A DNA stretch of 64,000 nucleotides from an uncultured delta proteobacterium. Its GTDB lineage: Bacteria; Myxococcota_A; UBA9160; PR03. This document shows positions 13,209-22,186 of the stretch, one piece after another. The DNA is taken from positions 2,977 to 66,976 of the forward strand of contig CAWDFQ010000007.1 of the NCBI GenBank assembly GCA_963801625.1, given 5' to 3'. The stretch's first letter is position 1; every line of letters begins with the position of its first letter. The notes below the pieces were generated by a model. It did no database searches and was not told the origin of the DNA. It saw only the letters and a list, made by a program, of their open reading frames with translations. The position numbers and the translations under genes are program-made.

Positions 13209-15023
13209 GTGCGGAGTCTCGAGCCATTGGTCGAAGCGATTCACGCCTGCGAGCGGCTGCGCGTACTGCTGGTCGATGGGGACGCGGCGGCGGGTGCACG
13301 CCTCGCCGCGGAGTTGCGCGCGCGCGGCCTCGAGGTGGCGGTCTGCGCGAATACGCACGGCGCGCTGCGCAACCTGCACGAGCACGGAGCCGACGCGGTG
13401 TTGCTGGCCATCCCCCTCGGCGACAGCGATTGGATCGCCGCCGCCGCGGCGCTGAAAGAAGGGACCACACCGCCCGCGCTCTTCGTGCTCGACGGCACCG
13501 TCCAGGGAGCCGAGCTGGGCCGCGTGCTGCCTGCAGATCGCGCGCCCGACGCGATCCTGCCGTACTCCGCGAGCACCGCGGAACTGTTGTTCTGGATGGC
13601 GGAGGTGCTCGGAACGCTGGGCAACGCGGGGCCGTGCTTCCCGGAGATCCTGGTGGCGATGCGGTCGCGGGCGGATTCGGGCGTTCTCGAAGTGCACGGC
13701 GGTGGCGTCTGCACGCGCATCCTGTTGCGCGAGGGCGTTCCCGTCTTCGCCGAAGGCGGCGCGTTGCGCGAGACGCTCGGCCGCATGCTGCTGCGCCGCG
13801 GCGCGCTCACGGAAGCCGAGTACGTTCGCGTGATCGAGCGCATGACCGAGCGCTTGATCGAGAACGAAGCGACGCGCATGGGCGAAGTGCTGGTCGAACT
13901 CGGCCTGCTGACGCCGCAGGACGTCTTCGATGCGCTGTCGGCCCAGGTGCTCGAGAAGGTCATCTCTTGCTTTCGGTTGCCGAACTTCGAGCACCACTTC
14001 GAGCCGCTCGATGCGCTGCCCGAGGACGTGCTCGCCTACGGCTGCCCGCCGGTCGAGGCGCTGGTGCTCGCGGGCATCCGCGAGCACTTCGACGCCGCGC
14101 GCATCGAACCGCTGTTCGCCGCGCACGCGGCGAAGCGAGCCCGTTTGCGGCGAGGCGCCGAGGAAACCGCGCTGCGCTTCCAGGTGACGCCCGCCGAGCA
14201 GCGCATGCTCCGCGAACTCGACGGGGAGCGCACGCTCGCCGAAGTTCGCGACCATTCGGCACTCGGCGCGACGCACGCGGCGCAGGTTCTGGCGGCGTTG
14301 CTGGTGACGCGAGCGCTGGTTCTGGAGGACGAGCCGGCGCCGGCGCATGCTGGCGCGCCGCAGACCGAGAATCCCCGCGTCGCCACCGCGGCACGCGCCG
14401 TTCCGCGCGGCGAGCCGGCACACGCTGCGGCCCGAAGCGCCGCCGTGGCGAGCCAGGCAACGCTGCGGCCCCGTGTCGTGGCGATGAATTCGCTCTCGAA
14501 GCTGCGCCGCGAGCTGGTCCGGTCGGGCAAGGCGCCGGCACCCGAACTGCCCCGACCCGGGGACGAACGCAGCGCGCGGATCGAGGCCGAACGCGCCTTC
14601 CGGCAGGGCATCCAGATGCTCGAGCAGTCGGCGATCGGCGGCGCGCAGAAGGCGTTCGCGCTCGCCTGTGAACGGAACGGCGACGAGCCCGAGTACCGCA
14701 TGTTCGAGGCCTGGACGCAGGTGCTGAGCGTGAAGGACGAGGAGGCGCGCGGCGTCGCGCGCAACCAGGCGGCGGTGTGGGCGCGGCGCGTGCTGGAGCG
14801 CGATCGCGACTCGTTGCGCGCGCATACGATTCTCGGCCAACTGGCAGCGGCGGCGGGCGATCTCGACACCGCGGAGCGTCACTTCCGATACGCGTTGCGC
14901 GTCGCACCCGCCGATCGCGACGGACTGCGGGGCATGCGGCTCGTCGAGCGCCGCCGCAGCGAGCAGTCAGCGTCCGCGAAACCCGCGAAAGCGGCGAAGT
15001 CCCCGAAGCCGAAGAATCGCTAG
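13209..15023 (+). CDS. receiver-like domain + DUF4388 (PATAN)-like + C-terminal TPR protein
   Basis: Intact 604-aa ORF. The N-terminus RVLLVDGDAAAGARL...ADAVLLAIPLGD is CheY-like, but Ala sits where the phospho-acceptor Asp is expected. The middle FPEILVAMRSRADSGVLEV...GEVLVELGLLTPQDV matches my recollection of DUF4388. The C-terminus has TPR-like helices and a Lys-rich tail. Confidence 0.7.
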   Translation: MRSLEPLVEAIHACERLRVLLVDGDAAAGARLAAELRARGLEVAVCANTHGALRNLHEHGADAVLLAIPLGDSDWIAAAAALKEGTTPPALFVLDGTVQGAELGRVLPADRAPDAILPYSASTAELLFWMAEVLGTLGNAGPCFPEILVAMRSRADSGVLEVHGGGVCTRILLREGVPVFAEGGALRETLGRMLLRRGALTEAEYVRVIERMTERLIENEATRMGEVLVELGLLTPQDVFDALSAQVLEKVISCFRLPNFEHHFEPLDALPEDVLAYGCPPVEALVLAGIREHFDAARIEPLFAAHAAKRARLRRGAEETALRFQVTPAEQRMLRELDGERTLAEVRDHSALGATHAAQVLAALLVTRALVLEDEPAPAHAGAPQTENPRVATAARAVPRGEPAHAAARSAAVASQATLRPRVVAMNSLSKLRRELVRSGKAPAPELPRPGDERSARIEAERAFRQGIQMLEQSAIGGAQKAFALACERNGDEPEYRMFEAWTQVLSVKDEEARGVARNQAAVWARRVLERDRDSLRAHTILGQLAAAAGDLDTAERHFRYALRVAPADRDGLRGMRLVERRRSEQSASAKPAKAAKSPKPKNR

Positions 15024-15057
15024 AAAGATGGATCCCGTCGCTCGGAAGCCCACCCGG

Positions 15058-15362
15058 GAGGCGCGGGGGCGTGACGTTCGTCCGAAACGTCCTCGGCGGA
15101 CGCAGCTCGGCAGCTTCGGCGAGCGCTGGTAACCGCCTGCCGGCCTGATGACCGGAGGGCTTCGCGGGTTTCGGCCGAACGCCCCGCCCCCGCTACTTGC
15201 AATCGTTCTAGGACTTCCGTTCATGAACGGAAGACGGAAAGCCAAGCGCGGGCGGGGGACTCGGCCGAAACAATCCGCAGGCGGCCGCCAACGCTCGCTG
15301 CGAAGCTGCAAATGTTCGACCGCCGAGGACGTTTCGGACGAGTTCCCCGCCCGCGCGCCTCG
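15058..15362. repeat. about 305-bp imperfect inverted repeat (long hairpin) between convergent genes
   Basis: A perfect 22-nt core at 15078-15099 (TCGTCCGAAACGTCCTCGGCGG) pairs with 15320-15341. Further arm matches include TTTCGGCCGA 15169-15178 with 15261-15270. A central perfect 20-bp palindrome, CTTCCGTTCATGAACGGAAG, lies at 15214-15233. Confidence 0.85.
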
Positions 15363-15410
15363 CAGCAACGAGACCGGCAACGATCCAGAACGAGTCAGGC
15401 TCCTGGCCCT

Positions 15411-16306
15411 CTAGGCGCGCAGTGCCAGGGCCCAGGCGATCGCGAGCGCGGCGAGAGCGCTCGCGCCCGTGAGCGCCTGGAATGCGCGAGACGCGAACCA
15501 GCGTGCGGGCAGGCGTGACGCCAGCGCACCCAGCACGACCCCTGCCGCGAGCCCGAGCCCGTGCGCCCACAGGTCGACCCGCTGGCCTTCGGTGCCGAGC
15601 ATCGCCAGCAGGGCGAGCGCCGCGCCGATCGGCAGCCACGCGGGCCGCCCGCGCAGCGAGGTGCGCCGAAGCACGAGCGCGCGGCCGGCCAACAGGCCGA
15701 GGGCGCCGAACACGGCCGTCGACGCGCCGATCGTCACGTGCGACGGCGCTTGTACCAAGGCATTGGCGAGATTGCCGAGCGCACCTGCCGCGAGCGCGAG
15801 CGCGCCGCCGACGCCGAAGCCGAAGGCGTCGAACACCGCGAACAGGAACAGCGCCCCGGCCGTCGCATTGCCGAGCACATGCGCAAGATCGGCGTGCAGC
15901 GTGAGCGCGGTGATGGCGCGCCACACTTCACCCGCGAGAATGCGCGCCGACGTCCGCACTGGCGCCGCGCTCCCCGAAGGCGGAGTCGGATCGGCCCGCG
16001 GGTCCCGTCGCGGCGAAGAGCGCGAGCAGGAAGCCCGCGACGACGAGCGCATGGCGGACCGAGGCCGGGTCCAGCGGCGCGGGTTCGCTGGGTCGCGGCG
16101 CGCTCTCGTTCTCGCGTTGCCAGGCGGCGCAACGCGTGCTCGGCGCCGCAGCCACGTCGCTCGCTGCAACCTCCAGCACGAAGCCCGCGGGACCGCCCCG
16201 CACGCTGCTGCGCAGGCCCTCGGCGCTGAGCACCAGCACCCACTCGTCCACCTGCGCCCGGCGTCGCGACACGCGCAGCGCGACGAACTCGTCGGATCTC
16301 GTCCAT
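15411..16306 (-). pseudogene. rhomboid family intramembrane serine protease, frame disrupted about twice
   Basis: The C-terminal part lies in the 15411..18659 frame: WRAITALTLHADLAHVLGN, TIGASTAVFGALG (GxSxxxF-like Ser motif) and LWAHGLGLAAGVVLG. The N-terminal part SDEFVALRVSRRRAQVDEWVLVLSAEGL is in ORF 15928..16410. The ATG is at 16306. Confidence 0.75.
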
Positions 16307-16339
16307 GGCTGCGTCCAGCATGGCACAACTGCGATCCGC

Positions 16340-18154
16340 TCAGGAGTGCGTCGCTCCGGGCGGCGGATCCGCGGCGCACTCGGGCGGGAGGTGCGCGACG
16401 AAACACGCACCCCCGTCGGGGGTCGGGCGGAGTTCCAGTACGCCGCCGTGCTCGCGCACGATGTCGAACGCGATCGAGAGCCCGAGTCCGGTGCCGCGCT
16501 CGGGTCCCTTGGTGGTGAAGAACGGATCGAAGATGCGATGGCGCAGCGCCTCGGGCACGCCCGGACCGTCGTCGCGAACGCTGATCTCGACGACGTCGCC
16601 GACCAGACGCGTCACCACTTCGATGCGACCTGCGGACTGCGCGGCAAGCGCGTGCTTGGCGTTCACCAGGAGATTCAGGAAGACCTGTTCGAGGCGCGAA
16701 GCCGAACCCTGCACGAACGGCAGGTCGGGTTCGAGCAGGGACTGGACGAGCACGTCGCGGTTGCGGTGCAGGTCGGCGAGACGGATCGAATCCTCGACGA
16801 CCTGGTTCACGTCGACGGACGTGAACTCGTCGCTCGGCACCCGCGAGAAGCGCTGCATCGCATCGACGATGCGTCGGATGCGGCCGATGCCCTCGATGCA
16901 CTCGCCGACGAGCTGCGGCATCTCCGCCACTTCCTCCGCCTCGCGGGCTTCCAGCGCGGGGAGGCGTTTCGACAGCAGCGCGGCCATGCCCTCGAGCTGG
17001 CCGAGGTTCGCCAGCACGAAAGCGAGGGGGTTGTTGATCTCGTGCGCCACGCCGGCGACGAGGCTGCCCACCGTTTCCAACTTCTGGCTCTGGCGCAGCA
17101 GGTGCTCGGTGCGGCGTTCGTCGGTGCGATCGCGGAGCACCGCGAAGCGGCCGCGGGTGTCGCCGCCGGGCGCGCGTAGACACCTGGCAGTGATCTCGAT
17201 GCGGCGCTCCTGGCGTGTCGACAACTCGACCGGCGCGGCGGCGTCGTCGGGCGCGAGCTGTTCGAAACGTTCGCTCAGCAACTGGATCGCGTCGGCGTCC
17301 CGGCCGAGTGGCGCGAGCAGTTCGCCGAGGCGCGCGCCGCGCACAGCGGAGCGCGTACAGCCGAGAATCGCGAGCGCACCGGGGTTCGCGTCGATCACGC
17401 GGCCGCTGGCGTCGGCGATCACGACGCCGTCGCGCAGGTGGTCGATCACGTCGCCGCGTGTCAGCGGGAGCGCTTCCAGGAGCTGATAGCGAAACACTCC
17501 GAAGCGTCAGGATCACGAGCGAGCAGCCGAGCATGGCCGGCGTCGGGTCGTAGCCATCGGCGCACAGCCGGCAGTTGAAGAGCAGGCTGGCGGCCGTGGG
17601 AAGCAGTGCTGCGCTCACGAGGAGCACGCCGCGCCGCCGGTCGCTCGCATCCCACATGTGTCGGGCGGCGACCAGGAACAGCACGATGCCTGCGATCACC
17701 ATCGTGTAGGCGAAAACGAGGTAGGCATAGAAGAACGGCCCGCGCACGGGCACTCCGTGGGGGATGAAGGTGCGGAAGAAGAGCTGGTGCTTCAGCGTGG
17801 TCGCGACCGCGATCAGCGTGAGGACCGACGGCACGAAGAGGGCGATGGCGAGCGCCGGACGCCGCTCCAGACTGCGGACGCGCGCGTAGCGGGCCGCCAT
17901 CAGGAACCAGAGCGGAGGGACCGTCGCGATTCCGATCCAGGTGAGTACGAGTCCCGCGAATGCGCTGCGAGCGTCGGTCGCGGCGAAGCGCCAGATCACG
18001 CCGCCCGACCAGACGATCAGCGCAACCAACAACGCGAGGAGCGGAACGCGCAGCGGCGCGTGCCGCGCGCGGAGCTGGACGAAGGTCGCCAGCACCGCGG
18101 CGACCAGGAGCGTCAGGGCCGCCTGGAGCGTCGCGCCGAACATCCCTGGCTTCA
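16340..18154 (-). pseudogene. sensor histidine kinase (7TM N-terminal domain, PAS, HisKA, HATPase_c), one frame disruption
   Basis: ORF 16340..17497 carries PAS (VVIADASGRVIDANPGA), the H-box VAGVAHEINNPL, and the N/G boxes NLLVNAKHA and DDGPGV...GTGLGL. The seven-helix N-terminus MKPGMFGATLQAALTLLVAAV... is in the 15411..18659 frame, with the ATG at 18154. The switch is near 17500. Confidence 0.85.
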
Positions 18155-18186
18155 TCGGCCCGAGACGCTGCGGGCGTGAGGCGGCC

Positions 18187-19198
18187 TCAGGCGGCGAGGA
18201 AGAGGCCGGGCTCGACCTCGCGGACCGCGCCTCCCGCCAGCAGTCGCTCGAGGTGCTGCGACATCGAGCGGGTCTCGATGGGCTCCGCGAAGGGAACCGG
18301 ATCCTCGGGCCGGTAGACGAAGCGATGCCGGGCGATCTCGGCCAGCGTGTGCGGCGCTCGGCCGCAGGTACGCGACGAGACGCCGCTCCCGGTCGGCGAT
18401 CACCGCCTCGAAGCGGTCGAGGCGGGCCAGGAACGCCGTCGCGGTCGTCGAGCACGCCGATGTGATGAAAGGTGGCCCAATGGCGTGGCGCGAGCGGTCG
18501 CAACGCGGCGAGCGTGCGCTCGAAGTCGGCGAGGCTCGACCAGGCGTCGCCGTAGTAGGGCCCGAAGCTGGAGAGATCGACGTCGGCGAGATAGAGCACG
18601 TCGTCGGGCTCGATCCAGAAGAACGAGTGACCGCGCGTGTGACCGGGCGCGTGCAGCACGCGGATGCGTACGCCGCCGCCGAGATCGAAGACGGTGCCGT
18701 CGCGAAACGCCTGCGCGTCGGGTCGCGCGACGAAGTGGAACTCGTCGACGACGACCTTGCGAAAGGCCGAGTGCGATCGGCTCGGGATAGCCGTAGATCG
18801 CCATCATCGCGTCGAGCGAACGGATGCCGGGCAGATCCGCTTCGTGCAGATGCCAGGGCGCCGCGGGGAAGAGGTGGTTGCCGGCGATGTGGTCTTCGTG
18901 GCAGTGGCTGTTGAGCACGCGGTCGACGTGCGGCAGCGGCGTGCGTCCGCGCCACCAGCCCGAGACCCGGGTCGATCACGACGCTCTCTTCGGCGCCGCG
19001 CACGAGCAGCGAATTGCCGTGCGGGTACTTGCCTCCGCGCGCCCCGAAGAGCACGGTGACGGAACCGATGCGGCGTTCGAGAAGCGACTTCGCGCACGGC
19101 GCGTCACGGTACCGCGCTTCAGCGATCGGCTCGATTCGCCGACCGTCATCGCATGCCGCGAACGCCGCAGACGAACCCGACTCCGCCCCGCAGCGCAA
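18187..19198 (-). pseudogene. MBL-fold metallo-hydrolase, several frame disruptions
   Basis: The pieces YPHGNSLLVRGAEESVVIDPG, LNSHCHEDHIAGN (HxHxDH motif), VLHAPGHTRGHSFFWIEPDDVLYLADV and the C-terminal [17 protein letters not shown]...VEPGLFLAA* lie in three - strand frames. The start is uncertain (19149 or 19198). Confidence 0.75.
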
Positions 19199-19222
19199 AG
19201 CGGAGCGCGTTCATCGTCCGTC

Positions 19223-19342
19223 GTGTGCGCGTGGTGCAGCGCTCCGATCCGGCGCCCCGCGGCGCGCGCGCAGGCCCCCGCGCTGAGCCACGGACTCTGC
19301 GCGCCGTGCGCTCGACAGCTTCGCCGTAACGGCTCTCGCTAG
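19223..19342 (+). CDS. possible 39-aa zinc-ribbon-like small protein (CxxC...HGxCxxC)
   Basis: My own translation from GTG 19223 gives VCAWCSAPIRRPAARAQAPALSHGLCAPCARQLRRNGSR*. G/C occupies 32 of 39 third codon positions. The CAWC...SHG(I/L)CxxC pattern recalls small Cys4 proteins seen in deltaproteobacteria. The ORF is below the ORF-track size cutoff, and its RBS is weak. Confidence 0.35.
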   Translation: MCAWCSAPIRRPAARAQAPALSHGLCAPCARQLRRNGSR

Positions 19343-20783
19343 TCGCTGCGCGCACGCGCGACGGCGCGCTGCCACGCGGCGCGCCGCTCCCGGCGTTGCG
19401 CGTCCGGGATGCGCGGCGCGATCCGCCTGGGCGCGGCGGCCGTGGCGACCGCTTCTGCTGCGCTGCGCCAGATGCCCACCGCGAGCCCGGCGAGATACGC
19501 CGCGCCGAGCGCCGTCGTCTCGATCTCCGCGGCGCGCCAGACCTCGCGCCCCAGCGCATCCGCGAGCGCAGCGACAAAGGCCTCGCTGCGCGCCAGTCCG
19601 CCGTCGACGCGCAGCGGGCCGGGCGCGGGCGCGAAGCGCCTCGCACACGTCGGCGCAGCGCTGCGCGATCCCCTCGAGCATCGCGCGCACCACGTGCTCG
19701 GCGCGCGATCCGCGCGTCAGGCCCAGCAGGATCGCGCGGGCGCCGCCGTCGAGATACGGCGTGCCGAGTCCTTGCAGCGCGGGTACGCAGACTACGCCTT
19801 CGGGCGTCGGTGCGCGTGCGGCGACCGCGTCGAGGTCGCCGGCGCTCGCGAGCAGGCCGAGATCGACCAGCCATTCGATCGCGGCGCCCGCGGTGACGAC
19901 GGTTCCCTCGAGACAGAACGCGCGGCGCCCGCGCTCGAGTTCCCACAGCGCGAGCGGATAGGCGCCGCGCGGGGCATGCGCCGGCGCGTCGCCGCTGTGG
20001 AGTTCGAGCGATCGCCGAGGTGCCGACCGTGAGTTTCGCCGCGCCGGGCGCGAGGGCGCCCTGCGCGAAGGTCGCGGCCTGTTGATCGCCGGCGCGCGCG
20101 GCGACCGGCACGCTCGCGCCGAGCCAGGCGCGCGGGGTCTCGCCGACCACGGCATTGGTCGCAACCAGAGCGGGCAGCCACGCGCACTCGATCTCGAAGA
20201 GTTCGAGCGCCGGCGCGGACCACGCGCCGCTGCGCAAGTCGTAGAGGCCCGTGCAGGAGGCCTGGCTCGCGTCGGTCGCGAAGGCGGCGCCGCCGGTGAG
20301 GCGATCGGTGAGCCAGACGTCGGGGGTCCCGAGCCGGAGCTGATGCGTGCGAGAGGCTTCTCGGAGCGCCGGCTCGTGGCGCAGGAGCCACTCGAACTTC
20401 GTGCCGGAAGTCATTGTCGAAACAGGGATTCCCTGGGCGACTAGTTCTCCGACGCGCGCTCCCGTCCGCTGGTCCTGCCAGCCGATTGCGGGGCCCAGCG
20501 GCACGCCGTTGCCCGCGTCCCACGCGAGCGTGGTCGCGCGCTGGGTCACGACGCCGATGGCGGCCAGATCGCGGGCGCTGAGCCGCGCCGCAGCGAGCGC
20601 GGCGCACACCGCCTCGTTGCTGCGCGTCCAGTACTCGGCGGGGTCCTGTTCGAACCAGCCGAGCTGCGGAAAGCGCGAGCTGAGCGGGCGCCAGGCGCGC
20701 GCGCGAATCGCGCCGTCGGCGCCCACCACGAGCGCGCGCACTCCCGTCGTGCCGAGATCGAGTGCGAGCACGTGCTCTGCCAT
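19339..20783 (-). pseudogene. FGGY-family carbohydrate kinase, probably glycerol kinase, frame disrupted
   Basis: The N-terminus MAEHVLALDLGTTGVRALVV...FPQLGWFEQDPAEYW lies in ORF 19146..21290. The middle part YPLALWELERGRRAFCLEGTVVTAGAAIEWL...CVPALQGLGTPYLD lies in ORF 19211..20164. By my translation the C-terminal LRVDGGLARSE... is in a third frame. The gene sits next to glpD. Confidence 0.75.
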
Positions 20784-20791
20784 CGCGCTGG

Positions 20792-22186
20792 CTACGGGAT
20801 CAAGTTGCCGGGATTGAGCAGTGCGCCGGGATCGAGCGCGTGCTTCAGCGCACGCAGTACGGTGACGCCCGTCGCGCCGAGTTCGGCTGCGAGCCAGGGA
20901 CGCCGCACGCGGCCGATGCCGTGGTGGTGCGCGATCCCGCCGCCGGCGGCGAGCGTCGCCTCCATCGCAGCGCGCCAGCAAGCGGCGTAGGTGTCGCGCA
21001 AGCGCGAGGCGTCGGCGGGTTTCGCGGCGAAGCTGAAATACAGGCAACTGCCCGAGCGATAGCTGTGACTCGAATGCGCCGTCGCGGAGAGCACGCCGGG
21101 CACGCGCGCGAGCGCGGCGGTGACGCCGTCGTAGAGCGCGCCGACGCGGCTCCAGGTCGCCGCCACTTCGATCGTGTCCACCACCACGCCTTGCTCGAGA
21201 AAACTCCGGAAGCCCGGCACGCGGTTGCGGTGTGCCATCCACTGATCCACCGCGGCCGCATCGGTTTCGACGCCGCCGGCCTCGCGACACAGGCGTGCCA
21301 GCGCCTCCGACTCGGCTGCGACGGCGCTCGCCGGTCCTTGGTGCAACAGCAGCAGCAGCGCGCGGTCCTTCGGGGCGAAGTCGCGGAAGTTGCGGCGCGA
21401 CTCACGCGCGTCGTAGAGACGCGCGACCGGCGGGCGCCAACCAGCGCGCAGCGCGCGCCGGATCGGTTCGACGCCGGCGCGGAAGCCGTCGAAGTGGAAG
21501 GCCTGACCGCGCGACGTTTCGGGGCGCGCGCGCACCGAGAACGTCACTTCGGTCACGACGCCGAGCGTGCCCTCCGAGCCGAGGAAGAGCTGGCGCAGGT
21601 CGGGACCGGCGGCGGCGCGCGGCGTCTCGCGCGTGCGCAGCACCGAGCCGTCGCCGAGCACGACTTCGAGCGCGAGCACGAGATCCTCGATGCTGCCGTT
21701 CGCGGTCGAGAACTGGCCCGAGGCGCGCGTCGCGACCCAGCCGCCGACCGACGAAATCTCGATCGACTGGGGCCAGTGTCCGAGCGTGAGGCCGTGCGGC
21801 TCGAGCGCTTGCTCGGCGTCGATGCCGAGCGTGCCGGCGCCGAAGACGGCGAGCAGATCGTCGCTCTCGAGGCGGCGCAGGCCGGCGAGCCGGCGCGTCG
21901 AGAGCGCGACGCTGCCGGCGTCCAGCGCGATCGCTCCGCACACCCCCGAGCGCGCGCCGGTCGGCACCACGGCGACGCCCAGCGAGCGACACAGCGCGAG
22001 GGCGCGGGAGACCTCTTGCGTCGATGCGGGTTCGAGCACGGCCAGCGGCGTTGCGCGCGGCGCGTTCTCGAGCGCGTCCAGCTCGGCCATCACCCAGGCG
22101 TCGGCGGAGTGGGCAGCGAGCGTCGCGGCGTCGCTGCGCACGGCGTCGCCCAGTTCGCGGCGCAGCGTTGCGAGAATGTCGGTCAC
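20792..22186 (-). CDS. FAD-binding (PCMH-type) FAD-linked oxidase, GlcD / alkyl-DHAP-synthase-like
   Basis: Intact 464-aa ORF. It carries VVPTGARSGVCGAI, GLTLGHWPQSIEISSVGGWVATRASG and the C-terminal GGGIAHHHGIGRVR, typical of the FAD-linked oxidase family. Confidence 0.8.
   Translation of the reverse strand: MTDILATLRRELGDAVRSDAATLAAHSADAWVMAELDALENAPRATPLAVLEPASTQEVSRALALCRSLGVAVVPTGARSGVCGAIALDAGSVALSTRRLAGLRRLESDDLLAVFGAGTLGIDAEQALEPHGLTLGHWPQSIEISSVGGWVATRASGQFSTANGSIEDLVLALEVVLGDGSVLRTRETPRAAAGPDLRQLFLGSEGTLGVVTEVTFSVRARPETSRGQAFHFDGFRAGVEPIRRALRAGWRPPVARLYDARESRRNFRDFAPKDRALLLLLHQGPASAVAAESEALARLCREAGGVETDAAAVDQWMAHRNRVPGFRSFLEQGVVVDTIEVAATWSRVGALYDGVTAALARVPGVLSATAHSSHSYRSGSCLYFSFAAKPADASRLRDTYAACWRAAMEATLAAGGGIAHHHGIGRVRRPWLAAELGATGVTVLRALKHALDPGALLNPGNLIP

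Noticed and set aside
15148-15414. 88-aa + strand ORF and several - strand ORFs inside the 15.06-15.36 kb spacer
   Set aside because: They lie entirely within the long inverted repeat, have Arg/Lys-rich low-complexity translations, and mirror each other because of the palindrome.
15411-18659. 1082-aa - strand ORF
   Set aside because: It is a composite. Its N-terminal end is an MBL-hydrolase block, the middle holds the 7TM region of the histidine kinase followed by off-frame junk, and the C-terminal end is the rhomboid core. I split it into three genes.
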